A stretch of 64,000 nt of DNA. Origin: Curvularia clavata. Lineage: Eukaryota. Shown in pieces: positions 24,384-34,810 of the stretch. A program made the translations under genes and the position numbers. Under the pieces are notes generated by a model. The model had not been told where the DNA came from. It did not search any database and saw only the letters and a list, made by a program, of their open reading frames with translations. The stretch covers positions 992,001-1,056,000 of the forward strand of contig CP089275.1 in assembly GCA_023920165.1 (NCBI GenBank). Reading direction: 5' to 3'. Numbering within the stretch: position 1 is the first letter of the stretch; each line of letters opens with the position of its first letter.

Positions 24384-25511
24384 ATTATCAGCTATCCAAA
24401 GAGTACGCTCAACTCACCGAGCCCCCCTTGAGACAAGGGAACCCACCCTCCCAGGCTTTGAAGCAGCCTTGACTTTGTGTGCGCCACGTCCACCGCCAAC
24501 ACCTGGTACACGACCCTAGTGCTTGATCGAAAGCCCACCCCGCTAATGGTAGCCGATGGACGAACAGTGCGAGGCAGAGTCGCCCACCTTTGCCACCAGC
24601 GGCCTTGTGAAGTTCGCAAGGATGATGGGCCTAAGTCGAGCACTCGATACGTGCAACAAATGGGAGCGGAGACGGAGAGGCGTGCGGGTTGTCGAGTAAG
24701 CGCGTAGGTACTGTTGAGTTGTGATGGGTAGGACGCGTTCAGAGATGGACTGTTGGTGGTGAGGTGAAGTGACGGTGGCCGGAGAGCACGTGGACGCGCG
24801 TTGGCTTGGCATGACACTTCGCGTTTGATTGGCCCAACCCCACCAACCCAAAGTGGCCCGTGCTCTGCGGTCTGCTGCTCACTGTTAAGAGACGAAGCAA
24901 TAAAGTACTTTGTAACTGTAGGCACAGAAGATAGAAAGATCACGTGACGCTTCCGGGTGAAGTGCATGCGGTGGCTGCGGCTATTTCGGGGCTGGAAGGG
25001 AGGGGGCGAGGGAAAGAGGTATCGTGCCAAGTGTCTTTCCGTGCGTCTACCAGAACACCGTGCTAGATATCGGAGGAAGAAGATCGTTAACGCAAGCGCA
25101 TCTAGAATCCATGCCGCGCTTCCATAACCAGCCTCCTGGAATATACGAATATGTGCATTGGGACCCCTTCTAGGTAGTGCTGACGTACTAACCGCGGCTC
25201 CACTGCTCCGCTGTCGGTCGCGACACACGGCGTTCGAAGTATGCACGCCGAGATTCGTTAATACTAGGCGGGTTTCACGGCCCTAATGTCAACATGTCAG
25301 ACATGTCGTGCTCGCTGCGCAGGTCTCGCTGCTGCAATCACTTCAACTAACGACTTTAGCTAATTCAACAGGCCAGATACTGCGCAGCGTCTTCACCGTG
25401 CTTTTTGGTGACAGCCCTCCTTTTATACCTGGCCTTGAGCCCATGCTTTCGTCTTACGTATCTTCTTTCTGCCAGTCAATCGTTTCCCTCAAATACGCAT
25501 AGTCTGTGGAA

Positions 25512-27173
25512 ATGGCCGTGGGACCAGACGCGTTGAGGAGCTCGATAGAGGAAGAAGAGGTGTTCCTAGCACCTATTGACACGCTCGACAGCACCGTGTC
25601 CGCGACAGAAGAGAAACCATGGCTTTTCCTCGTCTGTCTCCTTTTCAGCATCATCGCCCTCATCGATGTCGGCGCCTACCTGGCCGACGCGCCCCAAACA
25701 CGCTTATTCGAAGCCAATCTGTGCTACAAATATTACCTCCAGGAGGATCCGTCGGTGATACGCGGTGACGGGACGATACCAGAGGAGCTGTGCAAGGTGG
25801 ACGTAGTGCAGCAGGGGCTGGCCAGCATCTTTGGGTGGCAGGAGATGTTCAACGCGCTGCCTGGCCTTTTACTGGCAGTCCCTTTTGGAACGTTGGCTGA
25901 TAAAGTAGGCAGAAAATGGATTTTTGTTGCGGGTCTGTTTGGCATTGTGCTCAGCTTTGCTTGGACGCTTCTGATATGTAAGTTACTACTATCTGCCAAA
26001 AAAAAAAGGCGTCGGACATTGGTTGACGAGTACACAGGCTATTTCAAATCGCTTCCTTTACAGTTGACTTGGTTCTCGAGCGCTTTTTTGGTGATCGGCG
26101 GCGGGGCCTTCGTCGCCATGGCCATCGGGCTCACTATGATATCTGACGTTGCGCCGGCGGAAAAGCGTACTACCCTCTTTCTATACTTGACCGCATGTGT
26201 TCTGGTTGCAGAAATGGTAGCACCCATGATTGCCTCGAAGTTGATGGATAACGGAGACTGGCTGCCACTCTTACTGGCTCTGGCAGCCCAGATTGTCGGC
26301 TTCGTCGCAACCCTCTTCATCCCAGAGACTCTGCATATGCGCAATATGGAAGAACCCAAGGCAAGCGACAATCAGCATGCTGAGGTCCAACCCGTGACAA
26401 GTGGCTTCTCGGCGCAGTCACAATTGCGCAACTTCCGGGCTGCAGTCAGCTTTCTGAGCAATGACTGGACGCTTGCAATGGTTGTCTTTACCTTTTTAGC
26501 CAACAGACTTGGCAGACAGTCCATTGCCCTCTTAGTCCGCTATGCTTCCAAGCGATATAGCTGGGAGATCAAGAAAGCGGCATATTTGCTATCATTCCGA
26601 GCAGCTGCTAACCTTGTTGCGATCAGTGTCGTCCTGCCTCTTATCAACTATGTTCTATTGAAAAAGCTGCGCTTTCCAGCATACCGGGCTGATATGTGGA
26701 TTGCATGCAGCTCCATCACTCTTACAGTCATATCCTTTTTCGCTATGGGCATCTCTGCATATCCTGCGATGTTGGTCTTTGGTCTTCTTGTATACAACAT
26801 GGGTACAGGCTACACTGCCGCTATGCGTTCCATCTCTATCCATGTTGTCGGCGGCCAATCGAGTCCGAACCTAGGCAAGCTCATGAGCACAATCGCCATG
26901 GCAGAGAGTTTTGGTGCAATGATTGGAGGGCCTTTGCTGAACGAGCTGTTTCAGTTGGGCATAGGTCTTGGAGGGGCATGGCTGGGTCTGCCTTTCCTGG
27001 GGTCTGCCATCATGTTTTTCTTCATGAGTTTGGTCACGTTCTCTATTAACGTGAAAGAGAACAAACCGCTTTATACCGAACTGAGTACTGAGGATGACGA
27101 ACTCTCTTGTAGCGAGAGGCGAAGCTCCTCATCGGAACGTGAGGATGCAGTCAGACTCCGAGAGACGATGTGA
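25512..27173 (+). CDS. MFS transporter (SLC46/PCFT-like fungal efflux subfamily); probable in-frame intron 25978-26037
   Basis: APQTRLFEANLC...EELCK loop after TM1, motif A PFGTLADKVGRK, MISDVAPAEKRT and PETL, with about 12 TM segments. ATG at 25512. Confidence 0.9.
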   Translation: MAVGPDALRSSIEEEEVFLAPIDTLDSTVSATEEKPWLFLVCLLFSIIALIDVGAYLADAPQTRLFEANLCYKYYLQEDPSVIRGDGTIPEELCKVDVVQQGLASIFGWQEMFNALPGLLLAVPFGTLADKVGRKWIFVAGLFGIVLSFAWTLLICKLLLSAKKKRRRTLVDEYTGYFKSLPLQLTWFSSAFLVIGGGAFVAMAIGLTMISDVAPAEKRTTLFLYLTACVLVAEMVAPMIASKLMDNGDWLPLLLALAAQIVGFVATLFIPETLHMRNMEEPKASDNQHAEVQPVTSGFSAQSQLRNFRAAVSFLSNDWTLAMVVFTFLANRLGRQSIALLVRYASKRYSWEIKKAAYLLSFRAAANLVAISVVLPLINYVLLKKLRFPAYRADMWIACSSITLTVISFFAMGISAYPAMLVFGLLVYNMGTGYTAAMRSISIHVVGGQSSPNLGKLMSTIAMAESFGAMIGGPLLNELFQLGIGLGGAWLGLPFLGSAIMFFFMSLVTFSINVKENKPLYTELSTEDDELSCSERRSSSSEREDAVRLRETM

Positions 27174-27607
27174 GGAAGATATATGAATTTATTGTTTAGA
27201 TTACAGCTCAATTAACCTCGCTTCAAGTGATGTGTTGTCCAGAGAAGCCTTGGTATCAGTGTGTATATGCCCAACCGAGCAAGAGCGAATGCGGCAATGA
27301 TGCTGAGCAAAGATCCCTTCCAACTGTACTGCATGCTTCCTGCCACCTTGGACATGACAAAGCCTTGCCCTTGCCACAATGACAAACAACCTACACTAAT
27401 CAAACAGTCATCACAGGCAGTGGGTGAGTTGCCGTGTCTATCCCCCCCTATCACGACATACATGGTCGTCAACAACATCCACCAGTGCGCTTTATTACCG
27501 CTGTCTACGCTACATGTTGCCAACACGTCCTTAGTACTGCTTCACTAGCTTGAGTTCGCCATATCCCCCCTTCGTTCAGTACCTGGTAGATCTATCCCGT
27601 CACCATC

Positions 27608-30600
27608 ATGCTTGCCCGCGTCAACAGCGACGCTGCAGCCCGACTTCGCCGTTCCAAGTCATCCTCAACAGTCCACAAACGTCCTACGTCTATTGCAGAA
27701 CCTATTGACTTGGACACCGTCAGACAACAAGCTTTGGCTGCTGCGACCACGGCTTTTGCACGAGCACAGGCCCAAGATGCTGTCGAACATCATACCAGAC
27801 GCAGCTCAGATTTATCAAAATCCAAGAGCGATGCCAGCCGCAAATCTCTGACGACTCAGGGTAACCATTTCCCTGCGCGTGGCTCCAGCTTTCGATCCTT
27901 GCAAGCACCAAGTGCGGAACAGGGTAAAGGCAGTCAACGCAAGTCGCATAATTCTACATCGCATACAGAGCAGACCGCAGAACAGCCTTCACGTTTCCAT
28001 ATAACACCAGCTAGCGATGAATCACGTACAGTGCCACACCAGTTATCACAACAGGCTTCGTTCACTTTAGCTAAAAACGCCAAACCAAATTTCCAGCAAA
28101 AGACTGTCCGACCGAGCGGTGCGTCTTCAGTAGCATCGCAACAAATCAGAAAAGCACGCTCCATGTACTATGCAAGCAGCATACAAACTGGGTCACCCAT
28201 AGCGAGACCCCCAGCAAAATATTTAACTCTAACATCTTCAGACGGCAGAAGCCCAGGATCAGAGTCTTCATCTATGCAACCACCAATCCGAACGTTAGGA
28301 CGGTCACCGTTGACTGAACCACGTATACCAGTTACTGTAGCACCCGGCACGACGCTTAACGAAGCGCGAGACGAATACTTACATGAATTCCAAAAAAGTT
28401 CTATGAAGCACAAGCCGTCCGTATTCTTGGCACCGTTCAAGAAGAGACAGGATAAAGCCAAAGACAAAGCGAAGAGCAGTTCCTTAGAGATGCACTCGTT
28501 CTCTTTGTCGAGGAATGGCACGCCCATTGAGCCGGTCCTTGATGCTATGCTCAACGATTTTATGCCGCAGCAAGAACTGAAAGAGAAGAGATCTTTTTCT
28601 GGTTCTTTGAAGCATAGGATCAAAAAAGCTTTTCGGCGAACCTCAACCAAACCTATCGACCTTCCCGTGCAGCACATCAAAGCGAGTCGCCAATACTTCG
28701 ACGCCCCCCACTCAAGTCCGTCAAGCATCAGTGATACAACCTCCATACCATGCCCAGACGAAACAACATTAGAGCGAGTGCGGGGCCGCACCTCTTCGCT
28801 TGAAAAGGCTCGTCCGGCGTACCTTCGATCTGAGCATCGAAGTGACAGCACTGGAAGCGGGCGCAGTGCTCGGAGTCTTCATAGCGAAGTCAACGCTCCG
28901 CATATGCCAGCATCTCGTGTGACGAGTTGGGGCACAACCTCGACCAGTGATACACCTACGCAACGCAGCATCAAACGCATGACTGTCATCCATGAATGCA
29001 AAGACAACATTGGATGTGAAGCGGAGCATGTATCTTCTGTGACGGCGTCAAGGAGAAAGTCCCTGCCTCTTCCACCACTCTCATCCTTCCGCGATCCTAT
29101 GCCTATATATAGCCTCCCGGAGGAGGAGTCCAGTCCTATAGATCTCAAGAGAGTTTTTTCGGCATCGATGAAGGAGATGGGAGCCACAAAACCTGCACAA
29201 GAGTCGTCAGTTCCGGTCAAGTCGACATCAGGTGACGAGAATAGTGTATTTGAATCGAGCATGGTCATAGTTCAAGATCAGAGTTCGTTGTCTTCTATCA
29301 ACCACAGTATTCGTACTGGCATTGAAGCTGATCAGCGAGCATTTTTGCGACAACCGGCGGTAGCGCATAGTGTTCGGAGCAAAACCAGCACTGTCAAAGC
29401 GTTTGGAAAGGCGATGCGATCAACAATACGTGCGGTAACGCCTGCTGGACAACACTTGTCATCGAATCCTGAACCCGTGACGATCGCTCCACCTGCAAGT
29501 ATGCATGGAATAGAACATAGATTCGAATCAGCTACCATAGTCGGGACTGAAGGCAGTCTGGGGAGCAGCAGCACTACAAAGCCGCAACATGCGTCCTCTC
29601 CATATATCCCATCGGCTTCTCAGATCGCAAAGCGTATGGAGAAGTCTAGAGACCGCTGGAAGGCTCATCTTGCAGATCCTGAGAGCTTTCAGTTCCCACG
29701 TGAGACCGACAAAACCTATGATGTTACAGCATTTGTTCGCCAGACCTGCGTAACCCCTAGCGATAGCACCAAATCGAGCAAGAAGTCAGAGCCGCAAGGA
29801 TGCAGGCTAATAGAGGAAGATAGCCTTAACTCACAACCCTCATTGGAAGTCCCCAGATCAACATACATGAACATGCCAATGTCTCCTAGTATCTATTCTC
29901 GGAACACTGATGGTATCAGCATCAACACAAACGACAGTGCCACATCTTTCCATCGGCCTGGTCAATCGGGGCAATTCCACAATGCTGGCTCGGCTGTTGT
30001 TCTTACCTCGCAATCTGTGAGGTCCTATGTAGTAGGCACGCCATCACCACGACGCCAGGAAGTGGCTCACACCAGTCGTGATTGGAGGGCTTGGTTAGCA
30101 CACGAAATTTCGAGTATGGAGTTGAGCAGTTGTGAAGATCTTGCCATCAACGAAAGATATGGTAAATCTTCGCAGGGAGATCGGTCAGACGCTACCCACG
30201 TGTCGAGCGCTGAAAACAAGGATATGATGGGATTTGTGCAGGACTATCGCGATGCTACTACCTCACCAGTGGACACAAACACATCAGCGGCCGCGGATGT
30301 ATCTCCTAGGGTTGAAGACTCAGGCAACGCGAGCGGAAGCGTGAACAATAACACAAGCATGGGTGCGGCATTTCCTGAAGAGCACAATTTATTTCTCAGA
30401 ACCCCCAACACTGGCGATGTCAATGCTAGCGGTCAGGTGCACAACCATTCGCAGCCAGGATCTGCTCCCCTTTCAATTAGACCTCGTCAGATTTCGACAG
30501 CCGACATTCATGTACCATATCATGCAGGCATCGATACTCCCAAACATATTTCAAGGAGCGGGCAGGGCGCTTCAATCGCCAGTACTCGATGCTCCAGCAG

Positions 30601-31405
30601 CAACAGCTTAGCTTCACGATACTCAATGTCACCAGCTAATGTCATGGCCCCGTCGAAGTTTTTGAAGTCGCCAAAGTCGACGCCTGAAGGAATTTGTTGT
30701 TCTAGCCTCTCTGCTCGATCAACAAACGAGATTTCACAACACATAGCGGCGACCACGCCACTCAAGAGCCATGACACGCAGATCAGAAGGAAGGAGAACT
30801 TGACTCCCAAATCTCTCTATGCCCATAATCAACGTACTCCTTCAGCGCTGAGCTCACTACCCCGGCCGAGATCCCACCAGCTACTGAACCCATCAACATC
30901 GAACAGGAACTCTCCCAACCCTGACCAGTCAAGCGTAGCGGCGACGCCCGGAATTGCGTCTGCCAAATCACCAGATAGTCCCACAACAACACCTCTCCGT
31001 CCCCGCATCCGCGTCTTAGCGCGCCCCATATCTCCTGAAAAGCGTGCCCATCGACCGAAAAGCGCAGTGAACCTCCAAACAACAGCCAATCTCGAAAGCC
31101 CGAACCAAATCACTGACTTCGTCACGGCCTCCTCCCCTCCTCGCCCCGGATTGTATGTTCGCGATACAACTCTTTACAACACACCGTCAACTAGCTCTCT
31201 TTCTCTGTATAGAGAACCAAGTCCCGCACGACCCGATAGCACCGCGTTCACCAGCGAGTACTACACCCGTAGTGCTACCCCAGGACATCGTATGGCGGAC
31301 GAATTCCTCAAACAACGGAACAGTAAGATTGCATGCGAGGAGCGTGCTGGGAGGAGGAAGGGAAGTAAATTCTTGGTTAGAGAGGATACGCCAGCGTTTT
31401 TGTAA
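27608..31405 (+). CDS. Large low-complexity Ser/Thr/Pro/Arg-rich hypothetical protein (1265 aa), largely disordered
   Basis: Single uninterrupted 3.8-kb ORF with ATG in a good context (CACCATCATG). No catalytic domain recognised. Confidence 0.8.
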   Translation: MLARVNSDAAARLRRSKSSSTVHKRPTSIAEPIDLDTVRQQALAAATTAFARAQAQDAVEHHTRRSSDLSKSKSDASRKSLTTQGNHFPARGSSFRSLQAPSAEQGKGSQRKSHNSTSHTEQTAEQPSRFHITPASDESRTVPHQLSQQASFTLAKNAKPNFQQKTVRPSGASSVASQQIRKARSMYYASSIQTGSPIARPPAKYLTLTSSDGRSPGSESSSMQPPIRTLGRSPLTEPRIPVTVAPGTTLNEARDEYLHEFQKSSMKHKPSVFLAPFKKRQDKAKDKAKSSSLEMHSFSLSRNGTPIEPVLDAMLNDFMPQQELKEKRSFSGSLKHRIKKAFRRTSTKPIDLPVQHIKASRQYFDAPHSSPSSISDTTSIPCPDETTLERVRGRTSSLEKARPAYLRSEHRSDSTGSGRSARSLHSEVNAPHMPASRVTSWGTTSTSDTPTQRSIKRMTVIHECKDNIGCEAEHVSSVTASRRKSLPLPPLSSFRDPMPIYSLPEEESSPIDLKRVFSASMKEMGATKPAQESSVPVKSTSGDENSVFESSMVIVQDQSSLSSINHSIRTGIEADQRAFLRQPAVAHSVRSKTSTVKAFGKAMRSTIRAVTPAGQHLSSNPEPVTIAPPASMHGIEHRFESATIVGTEGSLGSSSTTKPQHASSPYIPSASQIAKRMEKSRDRWKAHLADPESFQFPRETDKTYDVTAFVRQTCVTPSDSTKSSKKSEPQGCRLIEEDSLNSQPSLEVPRSTYMNMPMSPSIYSRNTDGISINTNDSATSFHRPGQSGQFHNAGSAVVLTSQSVRSYVVGTPSPRRQEVAHTSRDWRAWLAHEISSMELSSCEDLAINERYGKSSQGDRSDATHVSSAENKDMMGFVQDYRDATTSPVDTNTSAAADVSPRVEDSGNASGSVNNNTSMGAAFPEEHNLFLRTPNTGDVNASGQVHNHSQPGSAPLSIRPRQISTADIHVPYHAGIDTPKHISRSGQGASIASTRCSSSNSLASRYSMSPANVMAPSKFLKSPKSTPEGICCSSLSARSTNEISQHIAATTPLKSHDTQIRRKENLTPKSLYAHNQRTPSALSSLPRPRSHQLLNPSTSNRNSPNPDQSSVAATPGIASAKSPDSPTTTPLRPRIRVLARPISPEKRAHRPKSAVNLQTTANLESPNQITDFVTASSPPRPGLYVRDTTLYNTPSTSSLSLYREPSPARPDSTAFTSEYYTRSATPGHRMADEFLKQRNSKIACEERAGRRKGSKFLVREDTPAFL

Positions 31406-33310
31406 GTCTTGGGTACAACCTCCCAATTTTTGTATATGGGAAGGGAAATGGGGTGGGGAGAGGAGTTTGAATGTCGAATATACATATTAGGATATTGTAG
31501 TATTGGATCAGTGTCGTATAGGTGGGAGTGGCAGAAGAGAAGGGTTTTCAATTGTCTGGATGGCTAGTTGATATAATATGTAGAATTCATTGTAAGTATA
31601 GTATGATTAAATACAAATAACATGTAACTATTCGTGCGGCTGCTCTTATTGGAGTTTGATTTTCCAATCGGAGAGAGGTGAATAAAATGGCTTCCCGGGC
31701 TGGTGACGGACGATACGACTGTGATATCTAGATCCTCGAATATTTTGAGAGGATTGGACGAAGATTGTCTAGTAATGGCTCATTATCTGCACACACTATG
31801 CCTCAACGACTCTAGCATAGCGTAACTTCAATTTCTACAAGCCTACTTCAACATAGACACTCCACGCTTGCTTCTTGATAGAAGACGCATCTCAAAAACG
31901 GGTATCATATGTTTCATCTACAGTGATTCTTTTCACCAGTGAGGCCGCAGAGCCGTCAAGCATTACACACAAAATTTATTCCAACAAAGAAGCACTGCTT
32001 TCATTGAAATCATGAGAGAATATGTATCTGTTGAGCGATTACTTCGCTGATGGATGTAAAAACTGGATCTCCAAGTTCAACCAGTTATCTGATTGGGCCA
32101 TACTATTGAACTGGATCAATAGTTCATCATATCAGCATAGACCCGATTACGCGGCTTTGACATTCAACAATGCAGGCAACAATATCAACTAGCTGGTTCC
32201 TGGCTCCAAGGTCCTGCAGGTACAGGAGTGAACTATATCAAAATTACTGTTCAACAATACTCCGACTTCGAAGACACAGCATTCACAACACAAATGTTTT
32301 CCTAATTAGGCAATGACATGACCTCCAAGCTTCGACCCAGCGCTTGCGATTGGAGAATGTCACATGATCAAAAGCATGCAGGCAGCGCGTTGTCACATGC
32401 GACAAGCGTCAATTCCATTCGGCTCTCTTCTCCATTCGTAGTCCTCTCTTTTCCGCCATCAAACACTTCACTAAGAAAATGCTCTAGCTCTCCCACATGA
32501 TACAAGAAAAAGACACCCAATATATTTGTAAAAGGGCGCAGCACCTAGCAGTAATACCAAGGAGCCTGGAACGCCCACTGTGCCACACCGTTTCTTTGCT
32601 TCTTTGCCGGTCTCCTTGTGCCGATTTTAGTGCCGACCTTGCATATGGCCCGAGCTCGCCTATGCGCAGCGACTTTTCTTTTTTGCTTGTGGATGCTCGT
32701 AATTGGTTTTTGCTCTATCGTCTGATATCGGTAACCGGAAGCGCGGCTCTGCGTAGCCGCGCACGTACGTTGCACAGGATGCACCAGTGAACCCTTGACC
32801 CCTTACACCCAACCTCCCTTAAACTTGAAAGCTAAACCTGCGCCAAACTTTAGATCTTGAGGCGCAAAAAGGAAAAGAGCAAGAAAAGAATTTGTCCCGT
32901 AAGCCCCTTTTATCCACACCCGTGTCCTCCCTTGAGCTCCAGTCTTGCTTCAGGTGACAAAAGGAAAGGGTCAATGAGATGTGGTGGACGTGGTCACGTC
33001 GAGTGCCACAAGCGAGGTACATAGGAGAGGTATTTGTGATGCCCATCGGCGATGCCTTACCAAGCGCCCAAACGCATGACTGCCCTAAGGTCTCCTGAAT
33101 ATCATCCCGGCCATCTGGTCATCCACCAGGACGGGAAAAAAACGAAGGGCGTATATATGTGTTTTTACATAATCGCTCTTGCAGTTTGGGTTTCGGGTGT
33201 GGCTCAGTTGCTTGCAGGGGAAGTCCTAGACTGACGGGTACACTCCAGATGGCTGTGTCACAAGGTGAAGCTTGGCAAGTAGAATATGAGTAGAAGGTAA
33301 ATGGGTTTTT

Positions 33311-33332
33311 GGCACGATCACGTGATTGTGCC
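33311..33332. other. Near-perfect 22-bp palindrome centred on an ATCACGTGAT E-box
   Basis: GGCACGATCACGTGATTGTGCC is self-complementary except for one pair. Confidence 0.6.
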
Positions 33333-34810
33333 TGACGACATGTGCAAAAATGCCAGCTAGTCGACGTCTCTTAATCATAAAATCTTGTGTTGTGGCTATG
33401 AGATAGGAAGTTCATATCATTAGATGCCTTGTGAACGCTCCAATGTAATCTGTTCACATAAAGGCAGCTTGCGCGTTCCAAGTGCTACGGTAGCTAAACA
33501 AAACGCCGTTCATGATTGCAATAGAAATTGGTGAGCGTCTACCACGCATAATAGAAAAAGAATTAGAGTGTCGATATCATTTTGACTAAGAGAATCGCTT
33601 ACAATTGACTGCGGGTCGTTAATGCGCCGACTTGGTTGTGTATGAATTTCTCGACTGTTACGTCTATTACCTTAAAGATATTTGTCAACTAAATAACAAC
33701 ATCGCACAGTCAAGCCTGAAAATGGAATCAAATAAAAGAATCTGAATTTGTCATATGCACGTAAACCAGTCATGTTTTTCTTGTTCATATACCTGCAAAT
33801 ACTAAGAGTTCATTGTTAGGTTCAATATAAACTTATAAGCAACAAAGACCAAGGTAGCAAACTACACCTGATCCGTTGTACCCTTACCAGTATAATTAAG
33901 TCCCTAGGAGGATACCATCAATAGCATACTTTCCTTCTAAGCCTAATCTGAAATTTGATTTTAATTGATGTTGTACTGCTGAAAACACCGTCCCGCCATG
34001 AGCAAGAAGTGCTTCTCTACCGCATGAACGTCTCTGGAAACATGCCGGGTATTCCAAGCAACCGCTCTGCCGGTAAATCCCCAAGATCCGAATCAATCTA
34101 TTTCACGACCCACAGTCACATCTCACAATGCTAAGGTTACACTGCATCGTTCCCCTGTACCACCACACTAGACACAAACTGACTCCGCTATCGCTCCCGC
34201 AAAAGTGGGAATAGGGCCGTGAATCCGCAGTTCATCCTAGATCTAAACTTACCGCTACCATGGGACACTAGATCTACACTGCATGCAATCATAACGGCGA
34301 CTTTAATCCAAATGCCGCATGCAAGTGTTCTATCCAAGACAAGAAGAACCAGAAAGCTTCCACGCATTGCAAGTAGGTCTTATTTAACCGAGATCGGCAT
34401 TGCGTATACTGAAAGTTCACATATACCCGTTGATTAGCCTTTGATTTGGGACATAGGAAAATGTTTGATTCGTAGGTGGCAGATAGCCGATTAATCTATC
34501 TGAGATCTACATGAACAGAAGATGAAATGAAAAGAATTCAGACCGTGTTAACGCCGATTGGCAATTTCACCTTTGAAAACCCAAAGAAAAAGGAAAAAGG
34601 TTGTGTGGTATGGCTTTCAGAGCCTGATCGTGCCACTTGTAATTAAAGAAAAAAAAAAGGGAGAGGAAGGAGTGACATATGAATTATGTGGATTGAGTCA
34701 AGGTGGACAAGAAGAGAAGGGATGAAGATGCCAATCTAGATGATGGTTGTGAGCAACAATGCTTTTTTTTTTCCACCTGCCTTACATCAAAACATGAAAG
34801 AAAAAGCGTC

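Noticed and set aside
24392..25246. 284-aa minus-strand ORF
   Set aside because: Non-ATG start, Arg/Ser/Pro-rich random-looking composition, and it occupies the divergent promoter between two real genes.
28168..28851. Long antisense ORFs inside the 1265-aa gene, and similar ones inside the F-box, ABC and NRPS genes
   Set aside because: Shadow ORFs expected from codon bias on the opposite strand of real CDSs.
1..31405. Left-hand genes (GNAT, MFS transporters, EthD-like) as tailoring members of the NRPS cluster
   Set aside because: Separated from the ABC/NRPS pair by unrelated genes and a long gap; nothing in the sequence links them.
31500..34800. Relatively AT-rich gap considered as a RIP-degraded transposon
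   Set aside because: No terminal repeats, transposase or RT motifs, or strong TpA enrichment evident by eye.
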